NCBI GenBank assembly: GCA_041082215.1
Contig: JBDOIF010000050.1
Coordinates: forward strand, 1 to 52,257
Direction of reading: 5' to 3'
DNA length: 52,257 nt
From: Anaerolineae bacterium
GTDB lineage: Bacteria; Chloroflexota; Anaerolineae; B4-G1; DUEL01
A program made the position numbers and the translations under genes. Shown here in pieces: positions 28,216-38,003 of this stretch. The notes beneath the pieces are model-generated. The model searched no databases, had not been told where the DNA came from, and saw only the letters and a program-made list of their open reading frames with translations. How positions within the stretch are numbered: position 1 is the stretch's first letter; every line of letters begins with the position of its first letter.

Positions 28216-29202
28216 TCACCGCTCAAGCTCGGCGATGACGACGATCCGATGCGTGTCAACCCCATAGGGGTAACAGGAGATCAACGTCAGAACCGGGCTG
28301 CTGGTCGGGTACATCACACTCACATCAGTCGGCTCGATGATCCGCTTCTGGGTCACCACGTACTGGTAGACCTGGCCGACGGTGTACACCTCCACGACAT
28401 CCCCCAGCTCCACATCTGGAAGATAGCGGAAGATCTCGCCGTAGATGTCGTTGTGGGCCGAGATAATGCAGTTGCCTCGCTGGCCGGGGTTGGCTGACCC
28501 GATGTGGTGGCCTGCCCCTCGCTTCAGGCTCTCCCAGTCGTCCCCCTCCACCACCGGCGCGTCCACGCCGATGGACGGGATGCGGATACGGACCGCCTGC
28601 TCCGGCCCCGGCGTGGGCACCGGCAGCGGCGTGATCGAGGCCACCAGGTCCCGCAGATGGGCCGGGATCGGCTCCGGCTGGGGGCCGCCCGGCGAGTCGG
28701 GCGGCGTGTGGCCGCCAGGGAGAAGGACGACCTGGATCAGCGGGGTGGGCGTGGGCGACGCCGGTACAGGGAGCTGGGATTGCTGAACCTGCTGCATCAT
28801 CCGGTTCAGCTCCCGCCGCTCCTCCTCCATCCCCCAACCGATGAGGATCAGGCCCACCAGGGCAGCGACCTCCAGGATCAGCAGCCCCTGATCCCGCACC
28901 CAGGCCCAGTTCAGCCGCAGCCGTCGGCCCTTCTCCTTCCGGGGCAGCTCCTCATCCACAGGCCGGGCGCGAAAGCCAGCCGTGGCCCCCTCCTCCTGGT
29001 AACGGAGGTGGTCGCTGGGGATGGGGGGAGGCTCCGGTTCCGTCGGCTCCGGCGCCAGCGGGTCCACCGGCCCCACCGGCCCCTTCAGCCTTCGCAGCCG
29101 CTCCAGCCGCGCCTCGGCTTTGCGGATGCGGAGGACTTCCTCCAGCTCCTCTATGGACAACTCATCTACCGGACGACGATCCTTCATAAACCTGGCACGC
29201 AA
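28216..29202 (-). CDS. Sortase (class D-like)
   Basis: IRIPSIGVDAPV, ISAHND, and TLISCYP with downstream catalytic Arg (THRIVV); one TM helix. Start may be ATG at 29187. Confidence 0.92.
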   Translation of the reverse strand: MRARFMKDRRPVDELSIEELEEVLRIRKAEARLERLRRLKGPVGPVDPLAPEPTEPEPPPIPSDHLRYQEEGATAGFRARPVDEELPRKEKGRRLRLNWAWVRDQGLLILEVAALVGLILIGWGMEEERRELNRMMQQVQQSQLPVPASPTPTPLIQVVLLPGGHTPPDSPGGPQPEPIPAHLRDLVASITPLPVPTPGPEQAVRIRIPSIGVDAPVVEGDDWESLKRGAGHHIGSANPGQRGNCIISAHNDIYGEIFRYLPDVELGDVVEVYTVGQVYQYVVTQKRIIEPTDVSVMYPTSSPVLTLISCYPYGVDTHRIVVIAELER

Positions 29203-29207
29203 ATTCT

Positions 29208-29280
29208 CACCACGGAGACGCGGAGAGCACGGAGTTTTTCAGTTCCTCCGCGCTCCTCTGTGCCCTCCGTGCCTCTGTGG
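29208..29280. repeat. CACCACGGAG...CTCTGTGG palindromic element with 9-bp periodicity
   Basis: Inverted arms. Related copy at 39030-39101 and a half copy at about 8240-8266. Confidence 0.65.
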
Positions 29281-31704
29281 CGCCTCTCTTTTCTCCGCCA
29301 CAGCGAACACCTCCCGCTCGAAGAACCAGCGGAAGGGAGGCCAGTTGAAGAGGATATGGCGGGCAAGACGGAACAGCCATCCCTCCTCCCGGTTCTGCGG
29401 CGGAGTGTCCAGCCAGACCCGCGCCCGGAACCCGTTCCGGCGCAGCACCCGCCGCAGGCTGAGCAGGCTCTGCTCATTGACATGCACGTCCACGTTGGCG
29501 GGGATGATGGCCCGCGGGTCCTTCGGATACCGGTCCCCCTGCCCCATCAGGACGCGCACCAGCCGCACGACGGGGTAAGCGAACCGGTCGTACCACGCAT
29601 TGGGGGCCGTATGGATGATGGCCCGCCCATCGGGCCGGAGCACCCGCCGCACCTCCCGAAGCGCCTGGTCCAGCTCCCAGGGGTGGAGGTGCTCGACAAT
29701 GTCGAAGAGGAGCACCCGGTCGAAAACGCCGTCGGCGAAGGGGAGATACTTGGCGTCGGCCCGGTAGACGCCGGTCGCTTCCCCCTCCTCCAGCGCCCGC
29801 TGGGACATGGCGACGGCGGCAGCAGCGTAGTCAATTCCGTAGGCCAGCGCGCCCATGCGGGTGCAGCGGCGCAGGATCTCCCCCCGTCCGCACCCCACAT
29901 CCAGCACCCGCATCCCCGGCTCGATCCCCGCCACCTCGAAGGCGGCCCGCAGCCGGCGGGAAAGCTCCCGCCCCTCGCTGGCGACAAACTCCTCGTACCC
30001 CTCACAGGCGGAGAGGAAGTAGGTCTGATCATAGAGGTCCGAGGGGACCGGCCGGGACTGACGCTCTTTCTCCTCCATACGTTCCTCTATCGAGATTATA
30101 TCGGGCGGGCGGCGGCCCGTCAAGCGGGCCAGGCCGTCGGCGAGGGCCAGCCGGAGCAGGTGGACCTCCTCCATCCGCAGTCCGAGCGCCAGCAGGCCAT
30201 AGGCGAGAACACCGACCCCGCCCGCGCCTCCCACCACCAGCAGCTCCCCTGCCAGCCCGGCGGGGGCAACGCCGGAAAGGAGGTGCACCAGGCCCGCCAC
30301 CGCCGCCCCCATCACCAGCGCCGCCAGGACAGCCTTCAGGGTCAGGCCCAAAAGCTTCCGACCTTCCAGCCCCCCCATCCGATGCCGGGCCAGCGCCAGC
30401 ATCGCCAGCGCATGGGCGGTCAGTTTGAGGGAGTTGACCAGGACCAGGAGGGGAAGGGTGAGGATACCCAGCCACCAGAGGGAGAGGGCCGTGAGGGCGT
30501 AGAGGCAGGTCGCCCCCACCCCCACCAGGGCGGGGGTCAGCGTGTCCTTACGGGCGTAGAAGGCAAAGATGAGGGGCTGGTCCACAGCGGCGAAGAGCAA
30601 CCCCAGGAGGGCACACCGCAGCGCCTCCGCCGTCGCCACCGTGTCGGCCGGGGTGAAGTCGCCGTGCTCGAAGATAAGGGCCACGACGGGGTGGGCCAGA
30701 ACGTAGAGGCCGACGGTGGCGGGGATGATCAGGGCCAGGACCAGCCGCAGTCCCTGCGAAAGGGTGGCACGGAAGGGCCGCAGCTCGTCGGCGCTGGCCT
30801 GGCGGGAGAGGGTGGGCAGGATGGCGAGGGAGACGGCGGTGACGACCAGCCCGAGGGGGAACTGGATGATGGTGGCAGCATACTCCATCCAGGAGATGCG
30901 GGAGACGCCGATGTGGGAGGCCAGGTTGTAGCTCAGAAAGACCGCCAGCGTGTTGTCCACCACCAGACCGACCAGGATGGGAAGGTAGAGGCGGCCGATG
31001 CGGGCCAGGGCCGGATGGCGGAGGTCGAGGGTCGGCCGGAGACGGATACCCCGCAAACCCGGTAGCTGGAAGGCCACCTGGAGGGCCGCCCCCACCAGCA
31101 ACCCTGCCGCCATGCTCCGCACCCCCCACCGACGGCCCAGGGCCAGCGCCAGGACGACGATAGCTGCGTTGAAGATGGCAGCGATGAAGGCGGGGAAGGT
31201 AAACCGCCTCAGGGCGTAGAGGGCGCCGGCCAGGATGCCGGCCAGGTTGAGGAAGAGGACCGCTGGAAGGACCAGCCGCAGGAGGCCGACGGCCAGTACT
31301 TGTGTGGAGGGCGCCATCCCCCCTGCGATCAGCCAGACAAGCTGGGAGGCCAAGAGCTCCCCCAGGACGACCAGGCCGCTCAGGGCCACCAGGGCGATTG
31401 TGAACAGAAGGCTGAGCACCCTCCTTAGCTCTTCCCGTCGCTCTGGAACGACGTAGTCGGAAAGGACGGGGATCAGAGCGGAGTTGATCATTCCGCCGAC
31501 CAGGAGATCGTACAGTGTGTTGGGGACGCGGAAGGCGGCGTTCAGCGCGTCCACCTGAGGGCCGGCGCCGAACAGGCCGGACTTGACCATCTCCCGCAGG
31601 AGGCCCAGCGCCCGGCTGGCGACGTTCCCCAGGGCGATGACCCCCGCAGCCTGGGCTACCTGCACCTGCTCATGGATCGGAGGACTTTCAGACGGCCTTT
31701 CCAT
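29239..31704 (-). CDS. murJ: MurJ/MviN lipid II flippase fused in frame to a class I SAM-dependent methyltransferase
   Basis: MurJ motifs SRALGLLRE, AFRVPN, QFPLG and FYARKDT..P. The C-terminal ~280 aa carry VLDVGCGRG, DAKYLPF and EHL. Confidence 0.88.
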   Translation of the reverse strand: MERPSESPPIHEQVQVAQAAGVIALGNVASRALGLLREMVKSGLFGAGPQVDALNAAFRVPNTLYDLLVGGMINSALIPVLSDYVVPERREELRRVLSLLFTIALVALSGLVVLGELLASQLVWLIAGGMAPSTQVLAVGLLRLVLPAVLFLNLAGILAGALYALRRFTFPAFIAAIFNAAIVVLALALGRRWGVRSMAAGLLVGAALQVAFQLPGLRGIRLRPTLDLRHPALARIGRLYLPILVGLVVDNTLAVFLSYNLASHIGVSRISWMEYAATIIQFPLGLVVTAVSLAILPTLSRQASADELRPFRATLSQGLRLVLALIIPATVGLYVLAHPVVALIFEHGDFTPADTVATAEALRCALLGLLFAAVDQPLIFAFYARKDTLTPALVGVGATCLYALTALSLWWLGILTLPLLVLVNSLKLTAHALAMLALARHRMGGLEGRKLLGLTLKAVLAALVMGAAVAGLVHLLSGVAPAGLAGELLVVGGAGGVGVLAYGLLALGLRMEEVHLLRLALADGLARLTGRRPPDIISIEERMEEKERQSRPVPSDLYDQTYFLSACEGYEEFVASEGRELSRRLRAAFEVAGIEPGMRVLDVGCGRGEILRRCTRMGALAYGIDYAAAAVAMSQRALEEGEATGVYRADAKYLPFADGVFDRVLLFDIVEHLHPWELDQALREVRRVLRPDGRAIIHTAPNAWYDRFAYPVVRLVRVLMGQGDRYPKDPRAIIPANVDVHVNEQSLLSLRRVLRRNGFRARVWLDTPPQNREEGWLFRLARHILFNWPPFRWFFEREVFAVAEKREAPQRHGGHRGARRN
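30095..30123 (-). promoter_or_regulatory. Internal sigma70 promoter at the MurJ/methyltransferase junction
   Basis: TTGACG (30118-30123) -N17- TATAAT (30095-30100), then GAGGAA and an in-frame ATG at 30078. Confidence 0.75.
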
Positions 31705-31740
31705 AAAACTTATACTAAAAATCCGTTTTCTACCATACAC

Positions 31741-31766
31741 AAAAAAAAGCCTGCTTTGGAGCAGGC
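31741..31766 (-). terminator. Intrinsic terminator after the ABC/PAS operon
   Basis: GCCTGCT-CCAA-AGCAGGC followed by T8. Confidence 0.85.
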
Positions 31767-31791
31767 ATTCTACCCCGCAATGGCGGAAGCG

Positions 31792-32121
31792 TCAAACGCT
31801 TTGACGGGGCTCGTACCGTTCGTAGTACCCCAGCAGCCTCCCCTGCCGGTCCCGCACCGCACGCATGTAGATCCGTCGGCCCTCCTCCTCCGAGATCAGC
31901 CGCTCCTCTTCCCCGGCCTCCAGAGCGGCCAGGACCTCTTTGATGATCTGACGGGACCGTTCGTTGTGACAATCCAGCAGAGAACGCCCGAGCAGCGCCT
32001 CCCCTTCCTCGTAGTAGGCGACAGCTGCCCTATTCATGTAGCGGATGATATGGCCGGTATCCACGAAAAGCACCGGGTCCTTCAGACTATCCAGAATCGC
32101 CTCCAGCAGCGTCGTCTCCAT
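31792..32121 (-). CDS. Stand-alone PAS domain protein
   Basis: ILDSLKDPVLFVD...IRYMN, LLGRSLLDCH and VRDRQGRLLGYYE motifs. Confidence 0.85.
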   Translation of the reverse strand: METTLLEAILDSLKDPVLFVDTGHIIRYMNRAAVAYYEEGEALLGRSLLDCHNERSRQIIKEVLAALEAGEEERLISEEEGRRIYMRAVRDRQGRLLGYYERYEPRQSV

Positions 32122-32166
32122 ACTCCATCCCCTCCGCGTCTCCGCGCCACTCCATCCCCCCTCCAC

Positions 32167-33924
32167 CTAACGCACTGTCCATGCCTGGGTTCTCCGCTGC
32201 ACCCCTCGCGTCATCAGGTAGAAAAGCCCCCGGGCCGAGAGGCTGGTCACCAGAATCAGAAGCGACATCGCCATCGCCTGGGCGCTCTCACCGGCATCGT
32301 CCAGGAGCATCACCGCCAGCGACGCCAGCTCCTTCCCCGGCACGAAGAGGAAGACCACCGCCGAAAGGGTGACCATCGCGTTGAGGAAGAAATACATGGC
32401 GATGGAGATGATAGCCGGGAGAGCCATCGGCACCGTCACCCGCCAGAAAGTGCGGTAGAAGGGCACGTCCAGCGACTCCCCAATGGACTCAAACGCGGGG
32501 TCCATCTGTTTGAGGGCGGTGGTGGCGGTGAGGAAGGGGACTGTGTAATAGTGGAAGATAGTGGAAAGGACAAGGATGCTCATCGTGCCATACAGCACGT
32601 ACAGGGGGCTGGCCGGGTTGTTGAAAGCGAAGAGGTAGGCCAGGCCCAGGACCATGCCGGGGATCGCCAGCGGGGTGATGGAGAGCAGGTAAAGGACGGA
32701 ACGGACCCAGCGCAACCCTCGACCCTTTTCGATCAGATAGGCGTTGAAGAAGACGACGGCTGTCCCCACGGCAGCGGTGGCCGCCGCCATCTTGACGCTG
32801 TTCCACAGCACGAGGAAGGCCCCGGCTTTGTGGTGGGCGCCGGCCACGTAGAAAGTGCCGAAGTTCCTGAGCGTCAGCGAGAGGTCGTAGGGCCAGTAGC
32901 GGGTGAACGCGCCGACCACCACGATGCCGTAGATGCTGAGGATGAAGACGGCGATGGCCAGGCAGACGACGAAGACGACGGTCTGAACCAGAGGATGGTG
33001 GGGCTTCGGGCCGAGGGGAGTGATCTCCGCCGTCACCTGGGCGACCTGCCGCCGCTGGACAATCCGGTCCAGCACAAAGGAGATCATCGCCGGAATCAGG
33101 AGCAGCGTGCTCACCGTGGCCCCCATCTCGAAGTTCTGCTGCCCCACCACTTTATTGTAGATGTCGGTCGCCAGAACATCGTAGTTGCCGCCCACGACCT
33201 TCGGCGCGCCGAAGTCGGTGATCGCCAGGGTGAAGGCGACGAAGGCCGCGCTCATCAGGCCGTACCGGACCGCGGGGAGGGTCACGGTGAGGAAAATGCG
33301 GGGCCCTGTCGCCCGGAGCGATTCGGCGGCCTCGTAGAGACGGGCATCGGCCAGGGAGAGGGCGGTGATCAGGATGACCATCGCATGGGGAAAGGCGTAG
33401 AAGACCTCGGACATCACAATGCCGACCGGTCCGTACAGGTGGATGTTGATGCCGAAGGTGCGGGTGAAGAGGCCGTTGTTGCCGAACATGTAGATAAAGG
33501 CCAGCGCCTGCACCAGCGAGGGGACGAACATCGGCAGCATGGCCACCGCACGGAGGATGCCCTTGCCCGGGATCGTCGTGCGGGTCAGCCCGTAGGCGTA
33601 GATAAAAGCCAGCACAACCGTGAGCACCATGCTGATCACGGAGATGTTCAGGCTGTGCCGGAGCGAGGCCGACATCGTCGGTGAGGAGAAGTAAGCGATG
33701 TAGTTTGCCAGCCCGATAAACTCCCCGGCCCTGTTCTGCAGGCTGCGCACCAGCATTTTGACCAGGGGATAGATCAGGAAAAGATACAGCCATACGCCGA
33801 TCAGCACGAAGAGAAAACGGCGCAGAAGCTCATCTTTGCCCAGCTTCTGCCGCACACGCTGTCGGCGCAGCTTCTTATCCACCACCGTCTGCGGGACCAT
33901 CCGGGCTGTCACCGAGGCGTTCAT
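32167..33924 (-). CDS. ABC permease with fused double TMD (2-aminoethylphosphonate PhnU2 / FbpB-like)
   Basis: Two EAA-like loops (LYEAAESL, FESIGESL), TDFGAPKVVGG and FFLNAMVTLSAV. Confidence 0.88.
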   Translation of the reverse strand: MNASVTARMVPQTVVDKKLRRQRVRQKLGKDELLRRFLFVLIGVWLYLFLIYPLVKMLVRSLQNRAGEFIGLANYIAYFSSPTMSASLRHSLNISVISMVLTVVLAFIYAYGLTRTTIPGKGILRAVAMLPMFVPSLVQALAFIYMFGNNGLFTRTFGINIHLYGPVGIVMSEVFYAFPHAMVILITALSLADARLYEAAESLRATGPRIFLTVTLPAVRYGLMSAAFVAFTLAITDFGAPKVVGGNYDVLATDIYNKVVGQQNFEMGATVSTLLLIPAMISFVLDRIVQRRQVAQVTAEITPLGPKPHHPLVQTVVFVVCLAIAVFILSIYGIVVVGAFTRYWPYDLSLTLRNFGTFYVAGAHHKAGAFLVLWNSVKMAAATAAVGTAVVFFNAYLIEKGRGLRWVRSVLYLLSITPLAIPGMVLGLAYLFAFNNPASPLYVLYGTMSILVLSTIFHYYTVPFLTATTALKQMDPAFESIGESLDVPFYRTFWRVTVPMALPAIISIAMYFFLNAMVTLSAVVFLFVPGKELASLAVMLLDDAGESAQAMAMSLLILVTSLSARGLFYLMTRGVQRRTQAWTVR

Positions 33925-35033
33925 AGGGCCAACCTCGCATTCGCCGGATAGACCCGGATCAGGGAGGGAGGCATGTGGATCAGGAGCGAATCCCCCCGCC
34001 GGATGTTCATATCCCGCATCCGGTTGTTGGAGACCTCCACTGCCAGGGGGGTGTCGAGGTGTTCCAGCAGGAGGCTCAGGCGGTAGAAGGAACCCAGGAA
34101 CTCGATCTCCTCGACGGAGGCCCTGACGGTGTTGGGAGCGGTCGTATCGGAGACGCCGAGCCGCACATCCTCAGGCCGGATGGCGACCATCACGGGCGTC
34201 CCTGCTGCAAAGTCGTGCTCGTCCGCACACCCCAGCTCGAGGGCTCCGCACCGCACCCGGTTGGGTGTGGGACCGGCCTCGCCGCACAGGAAGTTCATCA
34301 CCCCCACGAAATCGGCCACGAAAGCGGTCGCCGGCGAGCGGTAGATCTCTTCAGGCGTGCCCACCTGTTCGATATGCCCCTGATTCATCACCACGATCCG
34401 GTCTGCCATCACCAGGGCCTCCTCCTGATCGTGGGTGACAAAGATGGTGGTGACGCCGACCTGTCGCTGGAGCCGCTTGATCTCCAGGCGGAGGGAGACC
34501 CGCACGCGGGCGTCCAGCGCCGAGAGCGGCTCGTCCAGCAGCAGGAGGCCCGGCGAGGTAGCCAGAGCGCGGGCCAGGGCGATCCGCTGCTGCTGACCTC
34601 CGGAGAGCTGGGAGGGGTACTTGTGGCCCACGTCGGGCAACCCCACCAGTTGCAGAAGCTCCCGCACCCGGGCCTCGATCTGCTGTTTGGGCAGCCGGCG
34701 GCTCACCAGCCCGTAGGCGATGTTCTGCGCCGCCGTCAGGTTAGGGAACAGGGCGTAAGATTGAAAAACAATACCGAAATCCCGCTCCCTCGGCGGCAGG
34801 CGGGAGATGTTCTTTCCCCCCTGATAGATTTCACCGACGTTCTGCTGCTCCAGCCCGGCGATGATCCGCAGAAGCGTTGTCTTCCCGCAGCCGCTGGGGC
34901 CGAGGAGACAGATGAACTCCCCTTCCATCACATCAAGGGAGAACTGGTCCACCGCGACCAGGTCGCCGAAGGTCTTGGTCACACCGACAATACGAAGATA
35001 AGGCTCCCCCTGAGACTCACGAAAGCGATTCAT
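33921..35033 (-). CDS. ABC ATP-binding protein with TOBE domain (PhnT2-like)
   Basis: GPSGCGKT, FQSYALFP, LSGGQQQR and LDEPLSALD motifs. Start could be GTG at 35105. Confidence 0.92.
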   Translation of the reverse strand: MNRFRESQGEPYLRIVGVTKTFGDLVAVDQFSLDVMEGEFICLLGPSGCGKTTLLRIIAGLEQQNVGEIYQGGKNISRLPPRERDFGIVFQSYALFPNLTAAQNIAYGLVSRRLPKQQIEARVRELLQLVGLPDVGHKYPSQLSGGQQQRIALARALATSPGLLLLDEPLSALDARVRVSLRLEIKRLQRQVGVTTIFVTHDQEEALVMADRIVVMNQGHIEQVGTPEEIYRSPATAFVADFVGVMNFLCGEAGPTPNRVRCGALELGCADEHDFAAGTPVMVAIRPEDVRLGVSDTTAPNTVRASVEEIEFLGSFYRLSLLLEHLDTPLAVEVSNNRMRDMNIRRGDSLLIHMPPSLIRVYPANARLAL

Positions 35034-35117
35034 GGAGACCTCTCTGAAACTGGAGGGTGTCCCGGCCACCCTGACCGGACCGGGTGGCCGGGCACCGTTA
35101 TCCACAACCGCCAGCGC

Positions 35118-36170
35118 CTATTCCTGCTCGACCTTGGCGGCGAACAGGCTGGTCCACCTTTCCAGGATCTGATCCCGGTTGCTGGAGGACCACCCGAAGT
35201 CCATCGGGAAGAGCCGGTCCGCCGCGTCCTGCGGCAGGCCTTCGGGGACGGGGAAGCCGGGCTTGGCGACGATGGCGAAGTATTTGGCGTAGAGCGTCAT
35301 CGCCTCATCGCTGATCGCCCAGTCCAGGAACCGCTTGGCCGCCTCCGGCACGTCGGTGCCCCGGACCAGCGCGTTGGCCTCCACCTCATAGCCGGAGCCT
35401 TCGGCTGGCAGCGTCATCTCCAGCGGAGCCCCTTCCTTGATCAGCCGGGCCGCGACGAACTCGAAGGAGATGCCGATGGCATACTCGCCCGCCGCCGCCA
35501 GCTTGCAGGGCTTGGAGCCGGACTTGGTGTAGATGGCGATGTTCTTATCCAGAGCGGACAGGTACTCCCAGCCCGCCTCCTCCCCCAGCCCCTGGAGGAC
35601 GCTGGAGACGAACATGTAGCCCGTGCCGGACGAGGCGGGGTTGGGCATCACGATCTGCCCCTCATAGGCCGGGTTCAGCAGGTCCTCCCACGAGGTCGGG
35701 ATGGGCAGGTTGTGCTGGGCCACCAGCTCTTTGTTGACGCAGAAGGCGGTCATATAGGCGTCCACACCGACCCAGGTGGGCGGATCTTTGGGGGAACGGA
35801 ACTGCGGCAGGATGGCCTCCAGCCCCTGGGGGGCATACGGCTCCAGCATCCCCTCCCGCTCAAAGATCATCATGCTGGTGGCGGCCACGCCCCAGATCAC
35901 ATCGGCCTGGGGGTTGTCCTTCTCGGCCAGCAACCGGGCGGTGAGGTCGCCGGTGGAGAGGCGCAGGACCTCCAGATCCAGGTCGGGCAGGGCCTGCTCG
36001 GCGACGGGGATGTATTCAGCGATCTCCTCGTTCTCCTTGGCCGTGTAAATCACGACCTTTGTCTTCTCCCCCTCCCCTGCTGTCGGCCCCTTACAGGCGC
36101 CCAGCACCAGGGCAATAAGTAGAAGGACCCCTACTCCTGCAAAGAAGCGCTCTCGAACTCGGTGGGACAT
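35118..36170 (-). CDS. ABC substrate-binding lipoprotein (putative 2-aminoethylphosphonate, PhnS2-like)
   Basis: Lipobox LGAC; STGDLTARLLAEKDNPQADVIWG, MPNPASSGTG and YTKSGSKPC motifs. Confidence 0.85.
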   Translation of the reverse strand: MSHRVRERFFAGVGVLLLIALVLGACKGPTAGEGEKTKVVIYTAKENEEIAEYIPVAEQALPDLDLEVLRLSTGDLTARLLAEKDNPQADVIWGVAATSMMIFEREGMLEPYAPQGLEAILPQFRSPKDPPTWVGVDAYMTAFCVNKELVAQHNLPIPTSWEDLLNPAYEGQIVMPNPASSGTGYMFVSSVLQGLGEEAGWEYLSALDKNIAIYTKSGSKPCKLAAAGEYAIGISFEFVAARLIKEGAPLEMTLPAEGSGYEVEANALVRGTDVPEAAKRFLDWAISDEAMTLYAKYFAIVAKPGFPVPEGLPQDAADRLFPMDFGWSSSNRDQILERWTSLFAAKVEQE

Positions 36171-36317
36171 GGGTTTCCTCCCTCCTTTCAGAAATGGAAT
36201 TGGCCTTTCCAACTTCCAGGGTACGCCACATCCGTAAGAACGCTCCGATCACCTCCTTTCCAAAGGCTATTTCATTGAACCCGACACGAGGGAGAAAGGG
36301 TTGGGGATCAAGAAATA

Positions 36318-36345
36318 ATTATACTTCCACGACCCCGAATCGCAA
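36318..36345 (-). promoter_or_regulatory. Sigma70-like promoter for the ABC operon
   Basis: TTGCGA -N16- TATAAT. Confidence 0.55.
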
Positions 36346-36557
36346 CTTTTTTCACCTTCACAGGTGTATTTCAGTCTGGGGGCGAGGTGCCCCTGGCCCG
36401 GGCCGGACCTGGGGAAGCACGAATGGCGCGAATGGAAACGAATACCGCAAATGGGGCAGGTATCCCTCTGTTCGCGGCATTCGGGCCACTCGTGGGATTC
36501 ACGATCCACCGGCGAGCGGGAGGACCACTCGCCCCGAAATTGAAATACGCCCCACCT

Positions 36558-37346
36558 TCACTCCCTCTCCCACCTGTCTGCCTGTTCAACCAGCCCGGCG
36601 ATGCTTTCCAGCACGAAGTCGGGCTGCACCGGCGCATCCTTCAGCTCGTCGGGTCGGGTGACACCGGTCAGCACCAGGGCGGTGCGCATGCCGGCCCGGT
36701 GGCCCATCAGGATGTCGGTCTTCAGCGAATCGCCGACCACCACACACTCCGGGGCAGGCCGTCCCAGCCGCTCCAGCGCCACCCGGGCGAAGAGGAGCGA
36801 AGGCTTACCGACCACCGCCTCCACCTTACGGCCGCTGCACCCCTCCAGCGCGCCGATGACCGCCCCCGCGTCGGGCAGCTCCCCCCCTTCCACGGGCGCC
36901 ACAGGGTCGTCGTTGGTGGCGATGAAGCGGGCGCCCCGCTTGAGTGCCTGAAAGCCGACTGTCAACTTCCGGTAGTCGAAAGAACGGTCACAACTGGCGA
37001 TGACCACGTCAATCTCCGTCGGGTCGTCGCTGAGCCGAAACGACGCCGACAGCGCCTCCAGGAGCGGCGGGTCGCCGATGACGAAAAGCGTCGCCCCTGG
37101 CATCTGTTCCTCAAGGTATCGGAGCAGTACCATCGGCGCCTGGACAATCTCCTCCGGCCGGGCGGGGATACCGCAGCGGGCAAGCCTTGCCGCCTGCTCC
37201 GCTGGCGGCTCCAGGGCGTTGGTGGTGAAAAGGAGGGGGCAACCCCGGCGGTGCAGCATCTCCACCGCCTCGCCCGCTCCAGGGATGGCCTGCTCCCCCC
37301 TGCAGAGCGTGCCGTCTATATCGAGGAGAAAGCCCCAACCGTCCAA
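36558..37346 (-). CDS. HAD-IIA family hydrolase (NagD-like)
   Basis: DIDGT, FTTN, GKPS, VGDSLKTDI and LTGVT motifs. Confidence 0.93.
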   Translation of the reverse strand: MDGWGFLLDIDGTLCRGEQAIPGAGEAVEMLHRRGCPLLFTTNALEPPAEQAARLARCGIPARPEEIVQAPMVLLRYLEEQMPGATLFVIGDPPLLEALSASFRLSDDPTEIDVVIASCDRSFDYRKLTVGFQALKRGARFIATNDDPVAPVEGGELPDAGAVIGALEGCSGRKVEAVVGKPSLLFARVALERLGRPAPECVVVGDSLKTDILMGHRAGMRTALVLTGVTRPDELKDAPVQPDFVLESIAGLVEQADRWERE

Positions 37347-37371
37347 TGCCCAACGTCCAGAGCAGTTCGGG

Positions 37372-38001
37372 CTACGTCATCTTGACGACGATGTCGGTGA
37401 TGACGTTGGCCGCCTCATCCCCCCGGTCCGCCGCATTGCTGAGGTGACGGTAGGTCTCCCGCAGCTTCAACATTTCCACGATGTGGTCCACATCGCGGGG
37501 CCCGTTGAACAGAGCGGCCAGTGCCTCCCGGTAGACCCATTCCACCCGGTTCTCCAGCGCCTTAGCCCGCACCGCGTGGTCCTCCGCCACCGCCGGATGG
37601 TCGGAAAGCCGCAGCACGCCCAGGTGGATCTCCCGGGCTGCATCCACCAGCAGGGAGACCATCCGCTTCAGGTAGTCGTTGGGCTTCACCTCCAGCATCA
37701 CCATCTCCCCCACGGTCGTGTAGGCATAGTCCAGCACATCGTCTATGGCACGGGAGAGGGCGTGGATGTCTTCCCGGTCAATGGGCGTGATGAAAGTGCG
37801 GTTCAACTCATCAATGAGGATGCGCCGCACTTCGTCCGCCTCTTTCTCCAGCCGGGTGACCTCGTCCGCTTTCTGGGGGGAGGGGTCCTCCAGATAGGCA
37901 TACAGCGCCTCCATCCCCTGCACGGTGAAGTCCGCCTGCTGCAGGAGAAGCTGAATGAACCGGTTGGGATTCCGTTTGAAGAGCTGTCTCAAACCTCCCA
38001 C
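37372..38001 (-). CDS. DUF47 / PhoU-like phosphate transport regulator
   Basis: LEKEADEVRR and TFITPIDREDI motifs; directly follows the PiT gene. Start approximate. Confidence 0.92.
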   Translation of the reverse strand: MGGLRQLFKRNPNRFIQLLLQQADFTVQGMEALYAYLEDPSPQKADEVTRLEKEADEVRRILIDELNRTFITPIDREDIHALSRAIDDVLDYAYTTVGEMVMLEVKPNDYLKRMVSLLVDAAREIHLGVLRLSDHPAVAEDHAVRAKALENRVEWVYREALAALFNGPRDVDHIVEMLKLRETYRHLSNAADRGDEAANVITDIVVKMT

Positions 38002-38003
38002 AG

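Noticed and set aside
28504..36122. Long plus-strand ORFs (853, 670 and 715 aa)
   Set aside because: Antisense shadows of the sortase, murJ and ABC genes, with no recognisable domains.
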